Assembly: GCA_900299365.1 (NCBI GenBank)
Contig: OMJS01000013.1
Coordinates: 939-64,938, forward strand
Source of the DNA: Opitutales bacterium
GTDB lineage: Bacteria > Verrucomicrobiota > Verrucomicrobiia > Opitutales > Seribacteraceae
Length of the DNA stretch: 64,000 bases
Direction of reading: 5' to 3'
A program made the translations under genes and the position numbers. Below, in pieces: positions 38,652 through 47,333 of the stretch. How positions within the stretch are numbered: the first letter of the stretch is position 1; the number at the start of each line of letters is the position of its first letter. The notes below the pieces were generated by a model. It was not told where the DNA came from. It made no database searches and saw only the letters and a program-made list of their open reading frames with translations.

Positions 38652-41600
38652 TTAGGCGTTTCGCACGAAAATCTTCGCACTGCCGTTGAAACTTGCTTCC
38701 GCTAGATCAAGAGTTGCCGGAGCGACAATCGGATCAGTGGAACCAGGAGCTATAGCTTGGCCGGATATAAGTACGGCAATCTTTCCGTAAAGATTGGTGG
38801 ATTCTCCATCCGCAGGTGCCATAACTTCTCCCTCATTTAACCACCTACGTAACTGTATCTGGGACCAACCATTGTAGGGCTCTTTCGCTCCTAAGAGATT
38901 TTCCGCAAAACGCATAGCAGCCGTTTTCCAAAGACTACCGGATAGTTCGGGCGATTCATTCATTATATTCTGCATGGACTCGGTGGTTAGCCAAAGGGCA
39001 TTCACCGTGGAATCCGCTACAACCGTCGCCGTTCTAGGAACACCTGCAAGCACAGCCATTTCGCCAATTACAGCTCCTCTTCCCATAATATCAACAACCA
39101 CATCACCGATGGAAACTTTCACACTTCCCCGGGTAATTACGATTAAGCCATCACCGGAGTCTCCTTGTTTCATCAAGGAATCTCCAGAATTATAAACCCT
39201 TGCTTCAGATGCACTTAGAATTTTTTGAATTACCTCGTCACTCATACCCTTCAACCAAGTAACCTCGCGGAGTACTTCCTCCGGTTTAGGCAACCTGAGT
39301 TCGAGAGGACTTTCCATCACATTTTTCATTCTCTCTTCAACCGCAGTAATCATACGGCTGGCCTCATCCGCTTCAAGCATGCCCTCACTTTTCATTTTCT
39401 TAATGGTAGAACGCTCATGATTGAGGACAGAACGAATCGCGTCCTTGGTCTCAATCCCGACGGTAACTTCGGGATAATTTTCATGCATATTGCGAATGTA
39501 CTGCAAGCCCCGAAGACGATTCTGTCGTATTTCGTCCTTTAGTAAACGAGCCATTTTCTGTTGTTTCTCAACATCACCTGAATCATCAAGTTCACGAACA
39601 AATGAATCGACCATTTTAGCCATCGCTTGCTGGGCAATTACAAACGCTTTTGATGCATCATACCCAACGGTGATTTTGTCAGAGAAATATCTTTTAAGAA
39701 GAGGTAAGTCTTTGAAGGCTTCGCTTAATTTACTAACTGTACAAATATCATCGAGGTAGGTTCTCTCAGTCATCGGTACTTTACCCTGAAAATCGAGGAA
39801 CTCGCTGAGATTATTGTCAAGCTGAGCAACAGCCCGTGCCGAGAGCAAACCGGAACGGAATTGAGCCCAGTAACTGCTCCTTTCTTTTTCAAGCAACCTT
39901 CTTCTAGCCTCGGCGAGAGTATCCATCGACTCAAGCTCACTGGCCGTAAGTGGGTAGCTAACCGGGTCAGGAAGATAATTCCTGACCAATCCCCAATTTG
40001 CTCCACTCAAAAAACGATCGTCTTTGAGCAAGTCCATTTCCTGTTCACAAACATTGGAAATATTTCCACTCGCATTGGAAAACATCAACTTTTTAACCGC
40101 GGGTAGTTCAGTAAGACCGAGTTTGTTTACCAGTACTTTCACAGTGGTCGCATTGACTAAGAGAGTGAGCAACACAATGCCAGATATTAAAAAGAGAAAT
40201 TGATCCCTAACTCTTGCAGATATTCCAACTAATGAAGCTGATGCAAACGCTCCTGAACCTTCTCCAAATATAACTACTTTCTTTTGCCCATTCGCCAATT
40301 GCTCCCGTAGTAGAGATGCACTCTTTGATGACTTCTTGCCCAGTGTCTCCTCGGCAATTTGAGGGGTTTGAGAAATACCGACGATTCTTCCGTTCACGAT
40401 ATCTGCTCGTGCAAAAGAATTAGCGGCCATTCCGTAAAGGTTTAGATTTGGATTGGGATGCGAATGAAGGTTTGCCTCCTTTGCATCCACAACAAATACG
40501 GAAGTGGTCTTTGATGAATACCCTTGCCCACCCTCATTAACCTCGAACTCGTATCTCAAATTTTCAGAATAAACTACAAGAGCCAAGGCCAGTCCAATCG
40601 CCCCCCTTAAGGCACCCCACCAGACCACAACTGCATCTTTACCCGGTAATCCATACCCTGCTTTTTTCATCAGCGGATAAAACATCCCCATGTTGATTGC
40701 CCTGACTAAATGAATGGCAATGTAAACTAAGAACAGAATAAGGAAATCCATTCCTGTAGGATGTGCTTTTTGGGCAATCACTACCCCGACAACGATAAAG
40801 ATAATTACATTTGCAGCAAAAGCGGTGAATTCCCAAAATTCATGCATGAAGTGTTCAACTTCCGGACTGATGCGAGTCCTGCCAACGCCTGCCATAACGA
40901 TACCCAGGGCGACGAGACCCAATACGCCGGAGACATGGAAAAAATGTTCACAAACAAAAAATACAGCGTATGCGGTGACTAGAACCACAGTAATCTCAAT
41001 CAAAGGATCGTTGAACACTTTCCTAACCCAAAGGATTGCAATCAATCCGATAAGAACACCAACTAAACCGCCAGCTGCACCGATCTTACCAAAACCGACT
41101 GCAGCACTTCCGATAAAACTTCCTGTTCCAAGAAATTGTTCAGCACCGGTTACCACTCCGATCAATAAAACAAAAGCAACAATCGCCGTTCCATCATTGA
41201 GAAGAGACTCTCCCTCAATTAGTGTACCAAGTTTTTTACTCGCTCCTAGTTCTTTGAGCAGGGCTACAACGGCAACCGGATCGGTGGCACTAACTACAGC
41301 ACCAAATAACATCGATGCCAATACAATGAATGCCCCGGAATCGACATTCCAATCTTCAAGGACTCCTCCGGATCCTCCAAAAGCTAAAATAAGCCCCATA
41401 AAGGCAAGCCCTGACATAACCGTTGCGGTAACAATGCCAGGTCCAGCCAAGTAAAATGCATTTAGGAATGATTTCTTAAAAGTATGAACATCGAGGGCAA
41501 AACCGGCTTCAAATATCAGAATGGGCAAAAATACATATAAGATAAGATGACCGTCTAAGTTTCCGCCCCAAGAAATAGCACCGCTTAATGTATCGACAAA

Positions 41601-41861
41601 TTTGTCCCACAACCCATGAGCATGACCAGCGACATGATCGGATCCATGTGACTGTCCTCCATGTGGACCGTACGCCCGGTTTAACGCCCCCATTGCCAAA
41701 CCAATTAGTAGTAAAAGTACTGTAAAAGGTAATGGAATCCGTTGTAAAAAGTGCCTGGTCGCTGCCCCAATAACAAGGGCAACGATAAGAAAGAAAAGAC
41801 CGTAAAGATATCCACTGTCACCCGAAGATGCCAGCACTGGTATAAGACTTGTAGTATTCAT
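38652..41861 (-). CDS. CPA1 (NhaP/NHE-type) Na+/H+ exchanger fused to C-terminal cyclic-nucleotide-binding domain(s)
   Basis: CPA1 hallmarks SATDPVAVVALL, GESLLNDGTAIV and WWGALRGAIGLALAL. C-terminal cNMP-binding beta-roll: GDSGDGLIVITRGSVKV...GEMAVLAGVPRTATVVA. Confidence 0.85.
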   Translation of the reverse strand: MNTTSLIPVLASSGDSGYLYGLFFLIVALVIGAATRHFLQRIPLPFTVLLLLIGLAMGALNRAYGPHGGQSHGSDHVAGHAHGLWDKFVDTLSGAISWGGNLDGHLILYVFLPILIFEAGFALDVHTFKKSFLNAFYLAGPGIVTATVMSGLAFMGLILAFGGSGGVLEDWNVDSGAFIVLASMLFGAVVSATDPVAVVALLKELGASKKLGTLIEGESLLNDGTAIVAFVLLIGVVTGAEQFLGTGSFIGSAAVGFGKIGAAGGLVGVLIGLIAILWVRKVFNDPLIEITVVLVTAYAVFFVCEHFFHVSGVLGLVALGIVMAGVGRTRISPEVEHFMHEFWEFTAFAANVIIFIVVGVVIAQKAHPTGMDFLILFLVYIAIHLVRAINMGMFYPLMKKAGYGLPGKDAVVVWWGALRGAIGLALALVVYSENLRYEFEVNEGGQGYSSKTTSVFVVDAKEANLHSHPNPNLNLYGMAANSFARADIVNGRIVGISQTPQIAEETLGKKSSKSASLLREQLANGQKKVVIFGEGSGAFASASLVGISARVRDQFLFLISGIVLLTLLVNATTVKVLVNKLGLTELPAVKKLMFSNASGNISNVCEQEMDLLKDDRFLSGANWGLVRNYLPDPVSYPLTASELESMDTLAEARRRLLEKERSSYWAQFRSGLLSARAVAQLDNNLSEFLDFQGKVPMTERTYLDDICTVSKLSEAFKDLPLLKRYFSDKITVGYDASKAFVIAQQAMAKMVDSFVRELDDSGDVEKQQKMARLLKDEIRQNRLRGLQYIRNMHENYPEVTVGIETKDAIRSVLNHERSTIKKMKSEGMLEADEASRMITAVEERMKNVMESPLELRLPKPEEVLREVTWLKGMSDEVIQKILSASEARVYNSGDSLMKQGDSGDGLIVITRGSVKVSIGDVVVDIMGRGAVIGEMAVLAGVPRTATVVADSTVNALWLTTESMQNIMNESPELSGSLWKTAAMRFAENLLGAKEPYNGWSQIQLRRWLNEGEVMAPADGESTNLYGKIAVLISGQAIAPGSTDPIVAPATLDLAEASFNGSAKIFVRNA

Positions 41862-41881
41862 AGGAATGACAGGATCTAGGT

Positions 41882-42805
41882 TTATTTACCTCGTAACAAA
41901 CGACTGGGAAAAGGCCTGGAAGAAGAAGTATTTTCAGGTAATTCAGCACCGCTTAGTTTACCCGTTGGAACATTAAATCTTTTCGGAGAGCGCCCGAGAA
42001 GTTCGTCTAATGGAGATTCGTTGGGTAGTTTATAGTTTGGGAGATATTTACTAGGGTTTGTTTCCGATTCTACTTCTGTAGATACATGCCCAGATTCGTT
42101 TTGCTTAATCACTTCAACTTGATCGGATTCAGTAGTTTCCCCAATGGTTGCATTGTATGATTTACCAATGACCTGTTTTTGGGACTGAGCTACACTCTTT
42201 AATGCTTCTCCAAAGCTGGTGCTGTTTGGAAATCCAGATATTAAAAAAGATGTTTCAAATAAGTTTTCCAGATCCACAGTAACTTTATCACTGAAAGAAT
42301 TGGTTGATATCTGAGTAAATACAAGATCACCGGGCAACAAAGAAACGGTGCTGGTATCGGGCAGTGAAAACCTCAAGGACCCAAGTAACCCGACGCACTT
42401 GAAACCACCATTTTTTTCAACCTCGATTAAGCATGACCCCGAGCCAGACATCACAATCGAAATTTCTGGGCCAACAATATTGATAGAGTTTTGGAACTTT
42501 CGGGAGCGAACAAAAAGAGATCCTGAAAATATTTCAATAGATCCTTTCTGGCATATGAAAGTTGTCGAAGACCCGAACCGAAAAAGATAACCAGCAGCGA
42601 GGGTTTCAATTCCACTTTTCGGGCGGACAGAGAGCTTTGTCCCATTGGGAAGGAAGGAAGAGGTAGCAATAGATTCTTGGCTATCTGAATCTTCTAATGA
42701 GACAATGCCTTCCCCAATCGCCGATACTAGTAGTTGAGAAATTTTACCTGAGGCATAATTAATTCCGAAAAGGAGAATTAAAAAAAGGGAAATGTAAAAC
42801 TTCAT
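41882..42805 (-). CDS. secreted hypothetical protein (possibly FecR-like beta domain)
   Basis: Signal peptide MKFYISLFLILLFGINYASG, a beta-rich body and an S/E/P-rich tail. The family assignment is tentative. Confidence 0.55.
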   Translation of the reverse strand: MKFYISLFLILLFGINYASGKISQLLVSAIGEGIVSLEDSDSQESIATSSFLPNGTKLSVRPKSGIETLAAGYLFRFGSSTTFICQKGSIEIFSGSLFVRSRKFQNSINIVGPEISIVMSGSGSCLIEVEKNGGFKCVGLLGSLRFSLPDTSTVSLLPGDLVFTQISTNSFSDKVTVDLENLFETSFLISGFPNSTSFGEALKSVAQSQKQVIGKSYNATIGETTESDQVEVIKQNESGHVSTEVESETNPSKYLPNYKLPNESPLDELLGRSPKRFNVPTGKLSGAELPENTSSSRPFPSRLLRGK

Positions 42806-42888
42806 CTTTGATGTTCAAAGACAAAAACTGCTACAGGTCAAACAATCAAAATGTCCAAAGATCCCAGAATCTTTTTTTAAACGGAATT

Positions 42889-44169
42889 TTAAATTGCAAT
42901 CTTTACCCCTCTTCTAAGGTACGCCGGTACATCCAAATCTTCTCCTTCATACATATTTCGCTTGGGCAGATCGTCAAATATACCTCGTTGATTTTTTTCC
43001 TCCATAAAAGAAAAAGTATTTTGATCTATATTGGTCTGCTTTTTTAAACCATTTCTTTTATTAGATGAATTTGAAACCTGAGCTATGGTTTTCTGCTTAC
43101 TAAGTTTAGACCGATGAGATTGTTTCGTATTCGTACCTAATTCAATGACTTGTTGGGCAACTGGCGCCACATCTGCCTGAGGTACGATGGGATCGAGAGA
43201 TGTAGCTCCCAATACCGTAATTTTTACTTCTTCACCCAGGTTTTCGTCGACATGAGCACCAAACACAACTTCCTCCCCTGCCTTAAAAGACTCACGAATT
43301 TCTTTGGACACACTTTGCAATCCACTCATGCTCATGGATGTCCCTCCTTGGATAAAGATCAATAAAACATCGGCAGCCTTGGTAACATCTGGCATGTGCA
43401 ACATTGGACAAAGCATCAAATCACGCAATGACTCCCTCAACGCGTCCCTTCCTTTTCCCTTACCATAACCAAAAAGCGTACGACCTGCTTTAGCTGAAAA
43501 GACTTTGCGTAGATATGAAAAATCCACATCTATCATACCCCGCTTAAAAACGAGGTTACAAATTGCACTTATACCCCTGCTGACATTACGCCCAGCTTCG
43601 GCAAAACACTCTAACGCAGTGGCATCTTCCCCACCAAGTTGAAGTAAGGAATCATTGGGGAGCGGCACTACCGCATTGGCATGCTTTCTTAATTCTGACA
43701 GGCAATTTTCTGCCTCAGAGTGGCGAGATTTTTCCCAACTGAAAGGTAATGGTGTGAATGCAAATACTAATGCCCCATGTTCCCTTGCCAATCTTGCCAA
43801 AACTGGTGCAGCACCTCCTCCAATTCCACCTCCCAAACCAGCCAGAAGAAAAACTAGGTCAACCCCTTCCAAATGAGTCCTGATTTTGTCTTTTTCTTCC
43901 TCTGCCAATCTTTTACCCAGAGCAATATCCCCACCGGTACCCATTCCTCGGGTATGCCTTTTACTAAAACATAATTTTTGGGAAGCAAGGGTCTCGGAAA
44001 TGGCTTTCATGTCCACATCTATTACCAAATTGTCTACACAATCGAAATTATCGAATCTCAACCCATCAACCAGTGAAATCCCAGCCCCTCCAATACCAAT
44101 AATTTTTGCTCTTATACCATAGGTGTTTTCTTTTGTGTTTTCCTCTTCGAATAAAGTGTCTTGATTCAT
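42889..44169 (-). CDS. ftsZ: cell division protein FtsZ (divergent GTPase motifs)
   Basis: Position after ftsQ-ftsA. Motifs IIGIGGAG, RGMGTGG, GLGGGIGGGAAPV, VPLPND and the conserved C-terminal peptide DLDVPAYLRRG. Confidence 0.88.
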   Translation of the reverse strand: MNQDTLFEEENTKENTYGIRAKIIGIGGAGISLVDGLRFDNFDCVDNLVIDVDMKAISETLASQKLCFSKRHTRGMGTGGDIALGKRLAEEEKDKIRTHLEGVDLVFLLAGLGGGIGGGAAPVLARLAREHGALVFAFTPLPFSWEKSRHSEAENCLSELRKHANAVVPLPNDSLLQLGGEDATALECFAEAGRNVSRGISAICNLVFKRGMIDVDFSYLRKVFSAKAGRTLFGYGKGKGRDALRESLRDLMLCPMLHMPDVTKAADVLLIFIQGGTSMSMSGLQSVSKEIRESFKAGEEVVFGAHVDENLGEEVKITVLGATSLDPIVPQADVAPVAQQVIELGTNTKQSHRSKLSKQKTIAQVSNSSNKRNGLKKQTNIDQNTFSFMEEKNQRGIFDDLPKRNMYEGEDLDVPAYLRRGVKIAI

Positions 44170-44226
44170 GGTAATTTATATTAGGTTTATTGGGTGGCAG
44201 GTTTTAAAAGGATGTCTAATTCAGCT

Positions 44227-45432
44227 CTAAATTCCTATCCAGTCTCCAATTATCTGAAAAATTCCGCTCGATTGATTAGTGCGTTTTTCTCCGGGCAGAC
44301 GATGGTCCTCCAAACCATAGTGTAACAATCCTAAAACGGTAGAATTTTCCGCCTGAGCAAGTTCATTCCCTAACCCAGATGGAAAATTTGCCTTAGAGAC
44401 AGGCACGCCCAAAACTTTCGAGGCGAGCTGTTCGATACCAGGCAACTTTGATGCCCCTCCAGTAAGGAGTACTCCTGCTCCTAATTCAGCTGGCTCGAGC
44501 AACTGACCGAGCTCCTTGCTTATAATTTCAAAAAGTTCAACGGTTCGAACATGAATAATGTCGGCGATTGCTTTTCTACGTATCGTTCGATCGCCAATCG
44601 TTTTATTTCCAATAATCCATAAATCCTGCTCGGCATCAGAGGAGTCAGACTGAGCTTTACCATACTCGAGCTTAAGCTCTTCTGCATAAGGCTCTAGTAT
44701 CCTTAATCCCATTGCCAAATCACCAGTAAGGTGATCTCCACCCACAGGAACTACCCCGGTAAATGCAATATTGCCACCTCGATAAAGCGCGACATCCGTC
44801 ACGCCTGCACCCATATCAATTACTAGAACACCGGCCCTTCTCAAATCTGGCCCTGCAACCAAAGTCGCAGAGGCAATGGATGATAATATTAGATCATCCA
44901 CCTCCAAACTATATTGGTGGGCAATATCAAGATTCATTCTAATGGCGGACTCGTCTCCCAAAATTGACCAAAATGCTAACTCGACGTTTTGCCCTCTCAT
45001 GCCAACAGGATCCTCCACTGGACGACCGTCCAATTGTATAGGCAAACGAACATGATGAACATATGACCTACCTGCAGCAGCTTGCTTTCTTTTGGCTTCA
45101 TCTGCCGCACGTTGCAGATCTTCCAGGGAAACCCGGCCATCTGGTGAGGCTACATTGGCACTCCCCTTGAGCAAAGTTCCCTCCAAATGTGATCCAGTTT
45201 GAGCCAAATAGATTGAATCGACAGTGGTTCCAGACATCTTTTCAGCCTCATCTATTGCTGCGTGCACACTAGAAGCAGTTTTTCGAAAATCAATAATTTC
45301 CCCTTTTCTCACCCCTTCGTTTTTACGAAAGGATTTCCCAACTATATTCAGGCTTCTATCCTCAGAAACTTCACCTATTAGAACCTTTGCAAAGGATGTA
45401 CCAATCTCTACCGCACCAATTATTTTACTCAT
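44227..45432 (-). CDS. ftsA: cell division protein FtsA
   Basis: Actin-fold motifs AVEIGTSFAKVLIGEV, IDMGAGVTDVA and LTGGASKLPG. Synteny agrees. Confidence 0.92.
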   Translation of the reverse strand: MSKIIGAVEIGTSFAKVLIGEVSEDRSLNIVGKSFRKNEGVRKGEIIDFRKTASSVHAAIDEAEKMSGTTVDSIYLAQTGSHLEGTLLKGSANVASPDGRVSLEDLQRAADEAKRKQAAAGRSYVHHVRLPIQLDGRPVEDPVGMRGQNVELAFWSILGDESAIRMNLDIAHQYSLEVDDLILSSIASATLVAGPDLRRAGVLVIDMGAGVTDVALYRGGNIAFTGVVPVGGDHLTGDLAMGLRILEPYAEELKLEYGKAQSDSSDAEQDLWIIGNKTIGDRTIRRKAIADIIHVRTVELFEIISKELGQLLEPAELGAGVLLTGGASKLPGIEQLASKVLGVPVSKANFPSGLGNELAQAENSTVLGLLHYGLEDHRLPGEKRTNQSSGIFQIIGDWIGI

Positions 45433-45456
45433 CTTTTGAAGTTTTTTTGACCAAGG

Positions 45457-46368
45457 TTAAATTTTTGCGAATACCGACCTTCCATAAGATAAATCGATAG
45501 AATGAATGAATGAAGCTTGGGAAAATTTAGGTTCATTCAATAAATATCTTAGCCTCCTTAATTGAGAGGCATAATCGTTTGGATTGAAACGGATTTTTCC
45601 CACTCTTTTTGATTTTATGGTTACATTTGCACCAGGGTCTTTGTCAGTCGGACGATTGTAACTGACCACCGTCCAATCACGGAAAATTTCCGGGTATTCA
45701 GACTTAGCCAATTCTAAAAGGGGAGAAATCACTGGAATATCCTCTAGTTTTTTATATCCCTTATTATCCGGATTCTTTTCAATCAAGGACGGAACTACTT
45801 GGAGCGAGGGTAATATTCTCAAGCTAGCAGCGGAGTATTCTGCACCCTCGTACAAACATCCATCAGAAGAAACGAGCCAGTCACGAAACTTTACTTTATC
45901 ATCCCGTAATCTGAGCACGAGTAAGGGTTCTCTCTCCTTGACCAAAATTTCGAGGGTGGATGGAAATCTTCTGTTTACCTTGGCAGATAGAATTTGGTTT
46001 TCTTGCACCAAATTTTGCTGGAGTTTTTGCAGGTTTATTTCGGCCAAGGATAGACCACGAATTGGACCCATCCAGTTTAAAAACCATTTGTGATTCAACG
46101 CCCCGTCAGAACGAAAAACTACCCTTTTCACTGGTAGTGCTGGTCCTGTATAATCATTCTGTCCAACAATATGGATATTTGACCGATTGAAATGATTAGC
46201 ACATATCCACCCCACTAGCACGAACATAGAAATTCCTAGGATAGCCTTACCGGTTACGATAAGTCTTTTCTTCACGACAATGCGAGAACTAGACTTTCGA
46301 GAGGAACTTGGTTTAAGGTCACGCCAACTCTCAGGCATTGCAAGATTACTCTTTTTTCGTTTGTTCAT
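45457..46368 (-). CDS. ftsQ: cell division protein FtsQ (POTRA domain)
   Basis: Basic N-terminus, one TM (AILGISMFVLVGWICA) and a POTRA-like region. Lies between ddl and ftsA. ATG at 46368 is 4 nt after the ddl stop; the ORF-track start is 46416. Confidence 0.8.
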   Translation of the reverse strand: MNKRKKSNLAMPESWRDLKPSSSRKSSSRIVVKKRLIVTGKAILGISMFVLVGWICANHFNRSNIHIVGQNDYTGPALPVKRVVFRSDGALNHKWFLNWMGPIRGLSLAEINLQKLQQNLVQENQILSAKVNRRFPSTLEILVKEREPLLVLRLRDDKVKFRDWLVSSDGCLYEGAEYSAASLRILPSLQVVPSLIEKNPDNKGYKKLEDIPVISPLLELAKSEYPEIFRDWTVVSYNRPTDKDPGANVTIKSKRVGKIRFNPNDYASQLRRLRYLLNEPKFSQASFIHSIDLSYGRSVFAKI

Positions 46369-46372
46369 AAAT

Positions 46373-47323
46373 TTAGGCGGCATGGGGAGTTTTTCCATTA
46401 ACTGGAATTCCCCCAAAACGGTTTATTCCGGGAAGTACTAATTTTTGGGTCAATTGATCGAAATTATAACCAGAAGAAGATGCACTCTTAGGAAGTAAAC
46501 TCGTTTGAGTAAGTCCCGGAAGGGTATTTATTTCCAAAAAGTAGGCATGACCATCGTCACAAATCATAAAGTCTACCCGAGCAAAATCACGACATCCGCA
46601 GCATTGATAAGATTTTAAAGCAAAGTCTTTGATTTCTACTTCGGTCTGCGGATCGATCACAGCCGGAAACCTGTACTCTGTTGATCCAGGAGTATATTTC
46701 CGCTGGTAATCATAAACTCCACCCGTGGGAATAACTTCAACAATTCCGAGTGTATGTTCGTCCAAAATACCTATGGTCAACTCGCGTCCAAAAATCCTTT
46801 CTTCCAATAACCAATTCCCCGAATTTATCTTGGCAAGAGTCATTTTGAGTTCATCTTCTCCGGATGACAAAAAGAGTGAGACACTGCTTCCTTGATCAAT
46901 GGGTTTAATGATTAAATCATTCCCAAATTCCTGAATAATCTCTTCAGAACAAAGTTGCGAAGGACTACTAAACTCTAAGCCACGGGGAACTCTAACTCCT
47001 TCCGCAAATACACATTCTTTGGCCTTTTGCTTATTCATGCATAATCTACTGGCCTCCGTACCGCTTCCACAATACTGAAGACCCGCTTTATCTAGCAAAG
47101 CCTGAAGGTCCCCGTCTTCACCAAACTCACCATGTATGATAGGAAAGATAAGATCATTTTCTGGGCAAAGACCCGCCGGAAGAGACCGTTCAGTCAAGTC
47201 CACCATTCTGGTGTGATAATATTGGGACAGGGAATCAGACAATGCTTGACCCGATAAAATAGAAATGTCTCGTTCCGGGCCAACTCCTCCAGCTAAGATA
47301 ACTATGTTGGGATTTGCATTCAT
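46373..47323 (-). CDS. ddl: D-alanine--D-alanine ligase
   Basis: VILAGGVGPERDISILSG, HGEFGEDGDLQALL and YFLEINTLPGLT. ATG at 47323. Confidence 0.92.
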   Translation of the reverse strand: MNANPNIVILAGGVGPERDISILSGQALSDSLSQYYHTRMVDLTERSLPAGLCPENDLIFPIIHGEFGEDGDLQALLDKAGLQYCGSGTEASRLCMNKQKAKECVFAEGVRVPRGLEFSSPSQLCSEEIIQEFGNDLIIKPIDQGSSVSLFLSSGEDELKMTLAKINSGNWLLEERIFGRELTIGILDEHTLGIVEVIPTGGVYDYQRKYTPGSTEYRFPAVIDPQTEVEIKDFALKSYQCCGCRDFARVDFMICDDGHAYFLEINTLPGLTQTSLLPKSASSSGYNFDQLTQKLVLPGINRFGGIPVNGKTPHAA

Positions 47324-47333
47324 AAGATTAAAT

